Sequence record: SRR31156797_505
Direction: 5' to 3' (one strand)
Length of the DNA stretch: 64,000 nucleotides
This document shows positions 18,590 through 28,596 of the stretch, piece by piece. The position numbers were made by a program, and so were the translations under genes. The notes beneath the pieces were generated by a model that worked only from the letters and a program-made list of their open reading frames with translations, ran no database searches and was not told the DNA's origin. Numbering within the stretch: position 1 is the first letter of the stretch; the number at the start of each line of letters is the position of its first letter.

Positions 18590-19251
18590 GAATTTCAGCG
18601 CCGTCATTCATTAAACCTGCATCAAGGGTTGATAATGTTAAGTTTCTTAAAAGTCTGGTGGATGAAGTCGAGCTTTTGTTTATGGCGAGCATAGAAGAGT
18701 ACGACCAGCCAGATGATAAAGAGATCACACAGCTAGCAGAGATGGATATGAGATATAACGTTCATATGCCTTATGATCGTGACCTGACTAACCAATCTGA
18801 GTGGGAGTTTATAGCGAAGTTTGCAGAAAAGCTAAGACCACTTAATGCTGCGACTCACACATTTCATATAATAGAGGACAGTAATTATTTTAGTGGGCTA
18901 GAGTGGTTTATGAAAGAAACAGAACTGCCTGTTACTCTTGAAAATGGTGATGAATATATTGGAGATTTTAACTTTCCGGAAGATATAAAAATCTGTCTCG
19001 ATGTCGGGCATATGTATATGCACGGGCAAAATGTGAAGGCTGTGCTTGATAAACACGCAGACAAGATAGAGATGTTTCACATGCACGGTGTTCTTGACGG
19101 AAGAGACCACAAGAGCATTAGATATTTGCCGGAAGATATCAGAAATTTAGTTTTTGATTTCGCTAAGGATAGAAACAAAACGGTCAGCCTCGAAGTTTTC
19201 AACGAAGCCGACCTGATGGATTCTTTATCTATTTTTTCACAATGGCAGTAG
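18586..19251 (+). CDS. cbiR: Cobamide remodeling phosphodiesterase-like (endonuclease IV/TIM-barrel family)
   Basis: APSF..NVKFL..VDEVELLF, VHMP, LEN, CLDVGH, HMHG..GRDH, LEVF metal motifs; translationally coupled to cbiB. Confidence 0.72.
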   Translation: MRISAPSFIKPASRVDNVKFLKSLVDEVELLFMASIEEYDQPDDKEITQLAEMDMRYNVHMPYDRDLTNQSEWEFIAKFAEKLRPLNAATHTFHIIEDSNYFSGLEWFMKETELPVTLENGDEYIGDFNFPEDIKICLDVGHMYMHGQNVKAVLDKHADKIEMFHMHGVLDGRDHKSIRYLPEDIRNLVFDFAKDRNKTVSLEVFNEADLMDSLSIFSQWQ

Positions 19252-19915
19252 AGAGATAGCCAGCGCTATCATCGTTGATAGTCTCTTTGAGCAGGTCGAA
19301 AGTTTCGCCGTCTGAAAGTGAAACCCTGTGGAATAAATATGCCGCACGAAGCTCATTTTCACGCACAAATTCATTAAGCACGGCAAGCTTCTTATGTACT
19401 TTCATGAGTACAACTGAGGTGAAAGATTCGAGAACTTTTGCAAGCTCCTCTTTTGTCTCAGGCATCTCGATTACACAGAAATTCTCACCCTTCTCGCATA
19501 ATGGCAGCGCAACCTGATTAGCTCCGGCGGAGTATGCCGCAACACCTGGGATCATCTCCATTTCTATATCCTGATCGATCAGCTTATCTCGTAAGTAGTT
19601 GAACGTACTGAATATTGGGGTGTCTCCTATAGTGACGTATGCAACTTTTTTGCCGCTTTTGAGCATGTCGGCCATACTGTTTGCAAGGTCAGTGTAACGC
19701 ACATCAAGGTCGGCTTTTATACCTGTCATCGGGAAGAAGTACCAGTGTATTTTATCATCTTTGATGTAGTGTTTAACTATGTCGCCGGCGATGCTTCTGC
19801 CGGTTTTATCAGATTGAGGTACGACAACTATGTCAGCCTCTTCAAGAATCCTCACGGCTTTGACTGTTAAAAGCTCCGGATCGCCAGGTCCGAGCCCAAT
19901 TCCATAAATTTTCAT
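19229..19915 (-). CDS. cbiL: Precorrin-2/cobalt-factor II C20-methyltransferase
   Basis: GIGLGPGDPELLTVKA, FPMT, TIGDTPIFSTF, VVLMK. Confidence 0.9.
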   Translation of the reverse strand: MKIYGIGLGPGDPELLTVKAVRILEEADIVVVPQSDKTGRSIAGDIVKHYIKDDKIHWYFFPMTGIKADLDVRYTDLANSMADMLKSGKKVAYVTIGDTPIFSTFNYLRDKLIDQDIEMEMIPGVAAYSAGANQVALPLCEKGENFCVIEMPETKEELAKVLESFTSVVLMKVHKKLAVLNEFVRENELRAAYLFHRVSLSDGETFDLLKETINDDSAGYLSTAIVKK

Positions 19916-20003
19916 AACCACCTCGAACAGCTAATATAGAAAACCACTTGTGGTGTGTCCAGTTTTTTTATACCATAATTGTCATTAAAAGGCGGTTAGG
20001 TTA

Positions 20004-21443
20004 ATGAAGAAACCATCAATAATGTTTCAGGGGACTGGTTCCGGTGTGGGTAAAAGTATTGTTACTGCTGGTTTTTGCCGTCTTTTTGCGGATATGGGTA
20101 TCAAAGTTGCTCCTTTCAAATCACAAAATATGGCTCTTAACTCAGGCGTTGTTAACGGAAATCTTGAGGTGGGGCGTGCACAAATTTTACAGGCGGAAGC
20201 AGCTAGGCTCACTCCTGATGTAAGGATGAATCCAATTTTGTTGAAACCGCAGGGGAATTCATCGTCACAGCTTGTCAGGATGGGGCTTGTCGCCGGAGTT
20301 TATAGCGCACGTGAATATTATACTCTATCCAGAGAAAATTTCGAAGTGGTGAAAGAAGCTTACGATTCTCTATCTTCTGAAAATGACCTTATAATAATTG
20401 AGGGTGCCGGAAGTCCGGCGGAGATTAATCTGCAATCAACTGACATAGTGAATATGAAGATGGCTCAGTATGCTGAGTCAGATGTTTACATAATAGGCGA
20501 CATAGATAGAGGCGGTGTTTTCGCATGGATGAAAGGTACTTACGACCTTGTGCCTGCTGAGACAAAAGAGCTTATCAAAGGTTTTATCATCAATAAATTT
20601 CGTGGTGACGTGACACTGCTTCAGCCGGGGATAGATATGTTTAAAGAGCATGTACCTAAGCCTGTGTGCGGTGTCTTGCCGTTTATATATAATACTCTTG
20701 AGGAAGAGGATTCTCAGGATATCGCCTCTGGTAGAGTGGACAGTTCAAAGCCTACTGTTGGCGTTATTAGGCTGCCGAAGATCTCTAATTTTTCTGATTT
20801 TGCACCTCTTAAGGCGAATGAGAATATCAATCTGATATACATAGACAGACCTGAGCAGATTTCTAGTTGTGCTGTGCTTATAATTCCGGGAAGTAAGAGT
20901 ACAATTTCTGATATGAAATTTTTACGGGATAAAGGTTTTGAAGTTGAGATAAAGAAGTTTGGCAATCTCATTATAGGGATATGCGGCGGGTTTCAGATGC
21001 TTGGTCGTGAAGTTTTTGACCCTCAGCATTTTGAGGGAAACATAAGCGAAACCGATGGTTTAGGTCTTATCAACATGCGCACGGTCATAACTGCGGAAAA
21101 GCGTCTTGAGCGTGTTATATATAACGGCACTGATGCACTGAATAGTGTGAAAATATCCGGTTATGAGATGCATATGGGCGAGACATCTATCAAATCAAAG
21201 CTAGCCCAACTCGCTGATGGGGATAATGTTATAGTGTATAGTGCTGAGAAGAATCTGATGGGAACATACCTGCACGGGATCTTTGAAAACGGCGAAGTGC
21301 AGAACAGGATTTTCAAGCTTGCAGGGCTAAATATTCAGGCGGAAGACTACGCTGACGAAAAAGAGACACAGCTTAATAAATTAGCTGATATGATAAAAGA
21401 AAACTGTGATGTTGCGAGCATCCTGAGAGGTGTTGGTTTATGA
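20004..21443 (+). CDS. cbiP: Cobyric acid synthase
   Basis: FQGTGSGVGKS, PFKSQNMALNS, EGAGSPAEINL, GICGGFQM, GTYLHG. Confidence 0.95.
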   Translation: MKKPSIMFQGTGSGVGKSIVTAGFCRLFADMGIKVAPFKSQNMALNSGVVNGNLEVGRAQILQAEAARLTPDVRMNPILLKPQGNSSSQLVRMGLVAGVYSAREYYTLSRENFEVVKEAYDSLSSENDLIIIEGAGSPAEINLQSTDIVNMKMAQYAESDVYIIGDIDRGGVFAWMKGTYDLVPAETKELIKGFIINKFRGDVTLLQPGIDMFKEHVPKPVCGVLPFIYNTLEEEDSQDIASGRVDSSKPTVGVIRLPKISNFSDFAPLKANENINLIYIDRPEQISSCAVLIIPGSKSTISDMKFLRDKGFEVEIKKFGNLIIGICGGFQMLGREVFDPQHFEGNISETDGLGLINMRTVITAEKRLERVIYNGTDALNSVKISGYEMHMGETSIKSKLAQLADGDNVIVYSAEKNLMGTYLHGIFENGEVQNRIFKLAGLNIQAEDYADEKETQLNKLADMIKENCDVASILRGVGL

Positions 21444-21892
21444 TTTCAAGATATCCACTGCTTATGAATATGCGTAAGAAGAGAGTGCTTTTTGTTGGCG
21501 GGGGCGCTGTTGCTGAGCGCAAAATACATTCCCTTATGATTTGTGACCCGGTAATTACAGTCCTTTCGCCGGAAGTTACAGATAAAATACAGACTTTAGC
21601 AAACCTCGGTGCGATAATTGTGACTACAGATTTCCCTGCGGAAGAGACTTTCGACTATGTTTTTATCGCTACTAATGAACGTGAAGTTAACGAAGAAGTT
21701 TACGATTTTTTCAAAGGTAAAGCTCTGATAAATATAGCGGACGACCCTGATAAGTGCGATTTTCATATGCCTGCTACTATAGTGAATAATGATGTGGTTG
21801 TCTCAGTTTCAACTGATGGGGCGGACCCTGCAAAGTCTAAGCGCATACGTGAGAAGCTTGAAGCTTGGATCGCTGACGGAGGGCTTGATTGA
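21440..21892 (+). CDS. sirC: Precorrin-2 dehydrogenase (CysG N-terminal/SirC-like)
   Basis: YPL, VGGGAVAERK, INIADDP..CDF, VSTDG; only 150 aa. Confidence 0.82.
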   Translation: MISRYPLLMNMRKKRVLFVGGGAVAERKIHSLMICDPVITVLSPEVTDKIQTLANLGAIIVTTDFPAEETFDYVFIATNEREVNEEVYDFFKGKALINIADDPDKCDFHMPATIVNNDVVVSVSTDGADPAKSKRIREKLEAWIADGGLD

Positions 21893-23157
21893 AAGGTTTT
21901 CTGATCGGTGCTGACAGGAGTGGCTCCGGTAAAACAACTATCACAACCGGGCTTGTGCACGCATTTGCTAGAAGAGGTAAAAAAGTCGCTCCATTTAAAT
22001 GCGGCCCTGACTATATAGATACTTTGCACCTCGGAAGAGCGGCAGGTTGCCCTGCGAATAACCTTGATACTGTTATGCTTTCTGAAAAAAGAGTGAAAGA
22101 AGTTTTTGCCCTTGGGGCTATTGGTGCTGATATATGTATAGCTGAGGGTGTGATGGGGCTTTTCGACGGTGTAAAGCCGGAGGGCTTTTACGGAAGCGCA
22201 CATCATGTGGCGAAAACAGTCGGTTTTCCAGTGGTTATGGTGTTGAATTGCGCTTCAACATCTTATTCTGTGGCGGCTACTCTCAAAGGTTTTCAGGCTA
22301 TGGCAGATGTTCCCGTAGCTGGCGTGATACTGAATAATGTAGCATCTGCGAATCACGAAAAGCTGCTTAAGGAAGCGGTTAAGATGCATACGGATATACC
22401 TGTTTTCGGCTGTGTACCGAGGCAGGGTGAGCTTTTAGGCTCCCGCTATTTAGGTATAAAAACAGCTTTTGAGGTGGATGAAAAATATTTTGGAAGATGT
22501 GCTGATCTTGTAAGTGATTACATAGATTTAGATGCTCTTACTGAGCTTGAGGTTGACGCTGAGACGGTTACTCAGCCTAAGCTTCCACAACCTGAAAAAG
22601 TTTGCTATGTAGCTTATGATAAAGCGTTTAATTTTTACTACGAGGCTAACCTTTATGAGCTTCAAAAGCGTGGGTTTGCTATCAAAAGATTTTCTCCTCT
22701 GGCAGATGAAACTGTCGATGGTGCTGATATGGTACTTCTCGGCGGCGGTTATCCTGAGCTTTACGCTAAGGAACTCGCAAATTGCAAAGAATTCCTCCGC
22801 TCAGTCAGGAGTTATGAAAAAACTATGCTTGCAGAGTGTGGCGGTATGATGGCTCTTACAAAAGGAATTCACACTGCTGATGGTTTTTACAAGATGGCTG
22901 GCGTTTTCGATGCGGAATGCCGTATGACGGAGAAGAGGCAGGCGCTCGGTTATGTGAAAGCTTCCGGCAAGTATGTCGGACATGAGTTTCACTACTCAAA
23001 GCTTGCAAATGTTAAGGAGCCTTATTACTTTCAGCTTGAAAAAATAACAAACGGACAGCTTACAAATGACGGTTTTCTGAAAGGGAAAATCTTTGCCGGA
23101 TATGCTCATTATCACTTTATGGGCGAACCTTCAATTTTAGATATGATACTGGAGTAA
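21889..23157 (+). CDS. cbiA: Cobyrinate a,c-diamide synthase
   Basis: SGSGKTT, FKCGPDYID, EGVMGLFDG, GGGYPE, AECGG, GHEFHYS. Confidence 0.95.
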   Translation: MKGFLIGADRSGSGKTTITTGLVHAFARRGKKVAPFKCGPDYIDTLHLGRAAGCPANNLDTVMLSEKRVKEVFALGAIGADICIAEGVMGLFDGVKPEGFYGSAHHVAKTVGFPVVMVLNCASTSYSVAATLKGFQAMADVPVAGVILNNVASANHEKLLKEAVKMHTDIPVFGCVPRQGELLGSRYLGIKTAFEVDEKYFGRCADLVSDYIDLDALTELEVDAETVTQPKLPQPEKVCYVAYDKAFNFYYEANLYELQKRGFAIKRFSPLADETVDGADMVLLGGGYPELYAKELANCKEFLRSVRSYEKTMLAECGGMMALTKGIHTADGFYKMAGVFDAECRMTEKRQALGYVKASGKYVGHEFHYSKLANVKEPYYFQLEKITNGQLTNDGFLKGKIFAGYAHYHFMGEPSILDMILE

Positions 23158-23160
23158 ACT

Positions 23161-23775
23161 ATGGATAAGGGACTAAAGATCGAAAGCGACAGCTTTGACA
23201 TTATAGATAATCTTGTGGATCTTTCGAAGTATGACGAGGGCGAGGCTCTCATAGTGAAGAAGCTTGTACATACTACTGGCGATCCGGAATTCGCTGAATT
23301 AGCAATACTTTCTGCTGAAGGCGTTGCTAAAGGTGTGCAAGCGCTTAAGGATAAAAAACCTGTAATTACTGATGTTACGATGGTGACAGCTGGCATCACA
23401 AAACGCTATCTGGACAAGACAGGTGTCGAGGTTTTATGCTTCATCAATCATCCTGATGTTTTGAAAATTGCTAAAGAGACAAACCAAACACGATCCGAGG
23501 TGGCTATGGTTTACGCCGCTGAAAAGTATCCTGATGCAGTCTATGCTATTGGTAATGCTCCCACAGCGCTGTTTAAAATTATCGAACTAACTCGTGAAGG
23601 TAAGGCGAATCCGTCATTCATAGCAGGACTTCCAGTAGGTTTTGTAAAAGCTGAAGAATCGAAAGATGAGTTAGCCGGAACCGACATCCCGCATGTTACA
23701 AATAAGGGAACGAAGGGCGGAAGCCCGTGTGCGGCGACAGTGATAAACGGTCTGCTTACGCTTGCTGCGGATTAA
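23161..23775 (+). CDS. cbiC: Cobalt-precorrin-8 methylmutase
   Basis: HTTGD, IGNAPTAL, PVGFV, KGGSP. Confidence 0.95.
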   Translation: MDKGLKIESDSFDIIDNLVDLSKYDEGEALIVKKLVHTTGDPEFAELAILSAEGVAKGVQALKDKKPVITDVTMVTAGITKRYLDKTGVEVLCFINHPDVLKIAKETNQTRSEVAMVYAAEKYPDAVYAIGNAPTALFKIIELTREGKANPSFIAGLPVGFVKAEESKDELAGTDIPHVTNKGTKGGSPCAATVINGLLTLAAD

Positions 23776-24442
23776 TGACGAGAACGTCTATCCCGCACTT
23801 TGCACAGGCTGAAATCTTTTCAGCATAGCCGCTCCCTTCGCCACTGTTTTTAGTGACCAGGCAGTCGATTTTCAGCTCTTTTATAAGTGCCAGATTGAAA
23901 TCCTCTGAGAAAGGACCCTGCATGCCTATGATTTTAGAATAGTGAAAACCTGCATCTGTACAAGCTTTTATAGATTTCTCAAATGCGAGTACACGGGCGT
24001 AGGAAACTTCTGCAACCGGGCTGAATTTATCTATATTATTCCCACCTGTGGTGATTAGCACAGATTCATAGTTATGCTTTATTATGTGCGTGACAGCGTC
24101 TTCGTAAGTGTAGAAGTGATGCATCTTTTCATATTTAATATCTTCAAGTTCACGAACTTCGTTTGTGTAGTCGATTCCTGTCAGCTTGCAAGCTTCCACT
24201 GCGACTTTGCTTATCTCGATGGCGTGCGGGTGGGTGGTGTCTATAACCTGCTCAATACTATTAAAACGGATAAATTTCGCAAGTTCCGTTACGGTAAATC
24301 GCTTTAGTGTAAGCTTTTTAGGGTAACGCTTAGAGAATTCATCCCGCCCGTATTCTGTGGCGACACTTATCATGAAATCGTCACTATTTAGCTGGCTTAT
24401 TATTTTGTGTGTTGTAGAGGTTCCGCCCAGTATCAGTATCAT
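23756..24442 (-). CDS. cbiJ: Cobalt-precorrin-6A reductase
   Basis: LILGGT, IDTTHPHA, MQGPFS, VTKNSG. Confidence 0.92.
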   Translation of the reverse strand: MILILGGTSTTHKIISQLNSDDFMISVATEYGRDEFSKRYPKKLTLKRFTVTELAKFIRFNSIEQVIDTTHPHAIEISKVAVEACKLTGIDYTNEVRELEDIKYEKMHHFYTYEDAVTHIIKHNYESVLITTGGNNIDKFSPVAEVSYARVLAFEKSIKACTDAGFHYSKIIGMQGPFSEDFNLALIKELKIDCLVTKNSGEGSGYAEKISACAKCGIDVLVINPQQA

Positions 24443-25176
24443 AAGCCGTATTTATCAACATAGCCTCTTGGTGAGACCAGTTTCCCGTCCTTTATAAAAG
24501 TTTTTGTCGCACCAATTATAACAACTGTGCTCATATCTATCTGCTCAAAATCCAGTTTACTTAGTGTTGTGACGTTGGTCTCCTGATTTTCCCTGTCGCA
24601 GTGTTTAACCCAACCGCAGGGCAGGTCGCCACGAGCCTCAATAAATTTTTCAACTGCATAAGGTAATTGAGTTGTGCGTTTTCTGCTTCTAGGGTTATAA
24701 ATAGCGCATACAAAATCGCCGAGATTAATAGCGTCGATACGTTTTTTGATAAGTTCCCAAGGGGTTAGAAGGTCGCTCATCGAGATTATCACCATGTCAT
24801 CTGATACAGGTGCGCCGAGCTTTGCGGATGCTGATAGAGCTGATGTTATGCCGGGGATGATCTCAACCTTGTCCACATCTGTTGAAAGTTCGTAAACAAG
24901 TGATGCCATAGAGTAAAGAGATGCATCGCCACCGCAGACAAGAGCGACATTACGCCCTGATTCGCATTCTGAGACAGCTTTTTGTACTCGTTCCATCTCA
25001 CCTGTCATGCCATTTGTAAATATTTCTGCTTGTGTTATTAGTCCGCTTATTTGTTTTACATACGGCTCATATCCACAGACGATATCTGCATTTTTTATAA
25101 CCTCTGCCGCTTTTGGTGAGGTTAGAGAGATGTCGCCCGGACCGTTGCCCACGACAAATAATTTTCCGTTATCCAT
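24439..25176 (-). CDS. cbiH: Cobalt-precorrin-3 C17-methyltransferase
   Basis: VVGNGPG, GGDASLYSMA, SMSDLLTPW, YNPRS, DMSTVVIIG, PRGY. Confidence 0.92.
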   Translation of the reverse strand: MDNGKLFVVGNGPGDISLTSPKAAEVIKNADIVCGYEPYVKQISGLITQAEIFTNGMTGEMERVQKAVSECESGRNVALVCGGDASLYSMASLVYELSTDVDKVEIIPGITSALSASAKLGAPVSDDMVIISMSDLLTPWELIKKRIDAINLGDFVCAIYNPRSRKRTTQLPYAVEKFIEARGDLPCGWVKHCDRENQETNVTTLSKLDFEQIDMSTVVIIGATKTFIKDGKLVSPRGYVDKYGL

Positions 25177-25942
25177 TACTAAGCACCTCTTTTATGACAG
25201 CTATGGTTACATCGCCGTATGTTTTTCTCTTCATAATTATTTCGGGGTTAGTAGCAGATAGAACCGCTGATGGTTCAGCCACTCCTGGTATGCCGAAGTG
25301 CTTCATCGGAGCGTCGTGTATATCAAATTTGTAATTATCATTTTTGAAGTAGCTTTCCGGCAGAAAGCGTAGGTAAACGTTTAACTCAGCCGAGGCATCT
25401 ATAATGCCCTGCTCGTCTTTTTTAACCCATGCGGATGTAAGCAGGCGAAGGTCGTCTATTGATATACTTGAATCTGAGCAGCCATTTTTGACCGCATCGA
25501 TTATAGCGTCTTTCTGTGTTCCTTTACGGCATCCGATTCCCATGATGTAGGTTCTGTTCGCCTCTGTAGCGGTGGTGATCACAGGGTCTGCGCCGGTTAT
25601 TGAGCTAACAATATGGGCGAGAATATTTGCACCACCTTCGTGACCGGATAGGGTGCTAATTGCGAATCGACCGACTTCATCACATGTGACAATAGCCGGA
25701 TCGGTATATTTTGATTTTATGTGTGGTGCGATCATGCGGGTGACTATCCCCTGCGCCATGATTGCTATGATATTCTGATATTTAACAAATAGCTCAGCGA
25801 AGCAGTCTTTGACAGAGCTGTAGTTTCCGCCGAGTTTTTCCGGATAATATAAATCTGATGGCATCTCAGTGTGCACCATCTTTGCAAGGTTCAGCCCCTT
25901 TTCTGTTACAGTGATTACAGCGGTCTTATTTCCTGTAGTCAT
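25169..25942 (-). CDS. cbiG: Cobalt-precorrin-5A hydrolase (compact form)
   Basis: DPAIV, LSGHEGGAN, VITTAT directly followed by GIGCRKG, GVAEPSA. Confidence 0.9.
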   Translation of the reverse strand: MTTGNKTAVITVTEKGLNLAKMVHTEMPSDLYYPEKLGGNYSSVKDCFAELFVKYQNIIAIMAQGIVTRMIAPHIKSKYTDPAIVTCDEVGRFAISTLSGHEGGANILAHIVSSITGADPVITTATEANRTYIMGIGCRKGTQKDAIIDAVKNGCSDSSISIDDLRLLTSAWVKKDEQGIIDASAELNVYLRFLPESYFKNDNYKFDIHDAPMKHFGIPGVAEPSAVLSATNPEIIMKRKTYGDVTIAVIKEVLSNG

Positions 25943-26684
25943 GGGAGAAGTCCTTGTCGTAAAGCTTACTGTATTTTTCTAATGTATCAGAGAGTGCTTT
26001 GCCTATTATGATGAGGGCGTGCTTATTTATGTCGGCTGTTTCGAACTGCTTGGCTATGTTCGCGAAAGTCCCTCTGAGGATTTTTTCATCCGCCCAGCTT
26101 GCACGGTAAACCACTGCTATAGGGGTGGTTTCTCCCCAGTTATTTGCTCGGAATCTATCGAGAACCTCGTCCAGCCTGTTTACTGATAGGTAAAATGCGA
26201 AAGTTCCGCCGTGCTTGGAGAGTTCTTCGATACGCTCGTTATCAGGCACAGGTGTGCGCCCTTCAATACGGCTAATGATGATGGTTTGCGATTGCTCCGG
26301 TGCGGTGAGCTCCGCCTGAAGAGCTGCCGCTGCGGCGAATAATGATGTCACACCAGGGATTATTTCGTAAGAAATATTAAGTTTATCAAGCTCTAACATC
26401 TGCTCTTTTATAGCGCCGTAAATGCACGGGTCGCCGGTGTGAAGTCGGGCAGTTTTATCGCCATTATCCGTACTTTTTTTAATGACTTCGATGATTTCAC
26501 CGAGATCCATCGAGGCGGAGTCGTAAATGTCCGCATCTTCTCTACAGTGAGTCAGTATATCTTTTGAGACAAGGCTGCCAGCGTAAATGACAGTTTTGCA
26601 CTCTTTTATCTTATTGACAGCTTTAAGAGTAATAAGCTCCGGGTCGCCTGGACCAGCCCCTATGATGTAAACGTCAGGCATCAT
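25926..26684 (-). CDS. cbiF: Cobalt-precorrin-4 C11-methyltransferase
   Basis: GAGPGDPELIT, YAGSLV, RLHTGDP, SKLYDKDFSH. Confidence 0.95.
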   Translation of the reverse strand: MMPDVYIIGAGPGDPELITLKAVNKIKECKTVIYAGSLVSKDILTHCREDADIYDSASMDLGEIIEVIKKSTDNGDKTARLHTGDPCIYGAIKEQMLELDKLNISYEIIPGVTSLFAAAAALQAELTAPEQSQTIIISRIEGRTPVPDNERIEELSKHGGTFAFYLSVNRLDEVLDRFRANNWGETTPIAVVYRASWADEKILRGTFANIAKQFETADINKHALIIIGKALSDTLEKYSKLYDKDFSHDYRK

Positions 26685-27294
26685 CTCTCCTGATCCCTAC
26701 TACAACAGCGATAGAGCTTCCATCCAGCTTATTAGTGTCAGAAACATTTTTTATCTCAGTTATCTGCTCACCATCCAGCCCGAGGTTTTCCATCACAAAA
26801 ATCTCGTGAGAATTGAGCGCGGTTTCTATGGTTTTAACCATCTCAGCCGCACGATTTTTATTATCACAAAGGATAAGGAAGCGGTGGTTCTGTTCGATGT
26901 TAACGAGCTCGTCGGTGGTTCGTCCGTGAACGGATACCAGCCTTGCATCCTGCCAAGGTTCACACAGCTTCGAAAAAGCGAGCTGAACTATGCTGACTCC
27001 GGGGATGACTTCCACCTTGCCTCTGCCGAACTCTTTCACAACAGATTTCGCGAGGCTGTAAAAACCTGCATCGCCTGTCACCATAACAGCTATCCGTTTT
27101 CCGTCGTGCTTTTTTATCAGGTCTATAGTGCCTTGAAGCAAGGTTTTCGGAACCTGAATGTTCTGCTCCGGGTAAAGCTCGAGAAATTTTTCAGAACCGA
27201 TAAGGACATCAGCCTTATAAAGTGCTTGTACTGCTTCCCATGTTAGGAGGTCAATCCCTCCGGGACCCATTGATACTACTTTGATATTAGCCAT
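26674..27294 (-). CDS. cbiE: Cobalt-precorrin-7 C5-methyltransferase (stand-alone)
   Basis: MGPG, TGDAGFYS, PGVSIVQ, SVHGR, ENLG. Confidence 0.88.
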   Translation of the reverse strand: MANIKVVSMGPGGIDLLTWEAVQALYKADVLIGSEKFLELYPEQNIQVPKTLLQGTIDLIKKHDGKRIAVMVTGDAGFYSLAKSVVKEFGRGKVEVIPGVSIVQLAFSKLCEPWQDARLVSVHGRTTDELVNIEQNHRFLILCDNKNRAAEMVKTIETALNSHEIFVMENLGLDGEQITEIKNVSDTNKLDGSSIAVVVGIRRDDA

Positions 27295-28264
27295 CGTAAT
27301 TACCTTTTAAGTTTCCAGCCATGTCGAAGAGGATAACCCTCACTTTGTTAAAGCTATAGGTCTTCATGATTTCAACAGAGATGGCTCCTGCCACCCTGTC
27401 AAGGTTTTCAACCTTTTCACAAATTTCTTCGACTGTATTGTAGCCGCCGCCAAGCTCTAATAACTCTGATATAAAATCCTGAGCCATTGGTGACTGCTTA
27501 GAGTGTGTATTATAATATCCCATTGCTATTTTGGCAAGCTTCCCCGGGTGTCCGGCTAAGGTGATCTTACGGATATTACGCCCAAGTGCGTGTTCCAGAG
27601 CGAATCCTACATAATTGCTCATTATCACCGTCTGAGTATCCGGCATCAGTTTATTAAGGTGCTTTTCGCCAATTTTACCCGGCACAAGATAAAGCTCCTC
27701 CGCTCCGCTTTCAGCCAGAACATCTATTTCACATGCGATAGTTGCTGTGATTGCTTCTATGCTCATCGGCTCGACTACGCCTGTTGTCCCTATGATAGAT
27801 ATTCCGCCTTTGATGCCTATGCGTGAGTTGAAAGTCTGCTCCGCAAGCTCCACACCCTTCGGTACGGATATTGTGACAACGCAGTCTTCTACTCCAGCAT
27901 TAGTAAGGTTCCTTTTTATCATCTCAAGAGGCACGGGGTTAATCGCCGGAGCACCAATAGGTATCTGAAGCCCTGCCTTGGTGACAACGCCTATCCCTTT
28001 GCCGCCTTTGACTATTATCCCGCCTGAGTTTTTCAGCTCTACCTTGGCGCATATCTCAGCACCGTGAGTAACATCCGGATCGTCGCCTGCATCTTTAATG
28101 ACAGTAGCGGATGATTCACTGCAAGCGTATACAGGTATGGTCGCACATGCACCCTCCGGCAGAAAAACTTCTACCTCTGCAGGTGCTTCCCCATTCGAAA
28201 GATATAGTGCGTGAGCCTTAGCTGCGGCTGATGCGCAGGTGCCCGTTGTGTACCCTTTTTTCAT
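27287..28264 (-). CDS. cbiD: Cobalt-precorrin-5B C1-methyltransferase
   Basis: GYTTGTCA, KDAGDDPDVTHG, PAINPVP, GGISIIGTTGVVEPMS. Confidence 0.95.
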   Translation of the reverse strand: MKKGYTTGTCASAAAKAHALYLSNGEAPAEVEVFLPEGACATIPVYACSESSATVIKDAGDDPDVTHGAEICAKVELKNSGGIIVKGGKGIGVVTKAGLQIPIGAPAINPVPLEMIKRNLTNAGVEDCVVTISVPKGVELAEQTFNSRIGIKGGISIIGTTGVVEPMSIEAITATIACEIDVLAESGAEELYLVPGKIGEKHLNKLMPDTQTVIMSNYVGFALEHALGRNIRKITLAGHPGKLAKIAMGYYNTHSKQSPMAQDFISELLELGGGYNTVEEICEKVENLDRVAGAISVEIMKTYSFNKVRVILFDMAGNLKGNYDG

Positions 28265-28340
28265 ATAACTAATACTGTTGCATTATTTTTTGAAGGTCAA
28301 GAATATTGTTGACTGAAACGGATATTTACGGTCTACTATA

Positions 28341-28510
28341 GCGAGGGTGTAGGCAAAATCAGGGAACTTGGTGAGAGTCCAAGACAGTCCCGCTACTGTA
28401 ACCGGAACGAAACTGCAACGCCACTGTTTGGGCATCTAAGCCGAAGCAAACGGGAAGGCGCAGAAGTAGGAAAGCGATCAATCGACGCCGGAAGTCAGGA
28501 TATCTGATTT
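28341..28510 (+). ncRNA. Cobalamin (AdoCbl-type) riboswitch
   Basis: AGGGAA-CTTGGTGAGAGTCCAAG-ACAGTCCCGCTACTGTAA, GCCACTG...CGGGAAGGC, B12 box AGTCAGGATATCT; 5' of cbiK. Boundaries approximate. Confidence 0.93.
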
Positions 28511-28596
28511 GCTGATAGACTTTACGAGGATAGAGGTTCCTGTTTCACCACAAAACTCTTAACTAAGTTCACCCATATTATTTTTTGGAGGTACTA

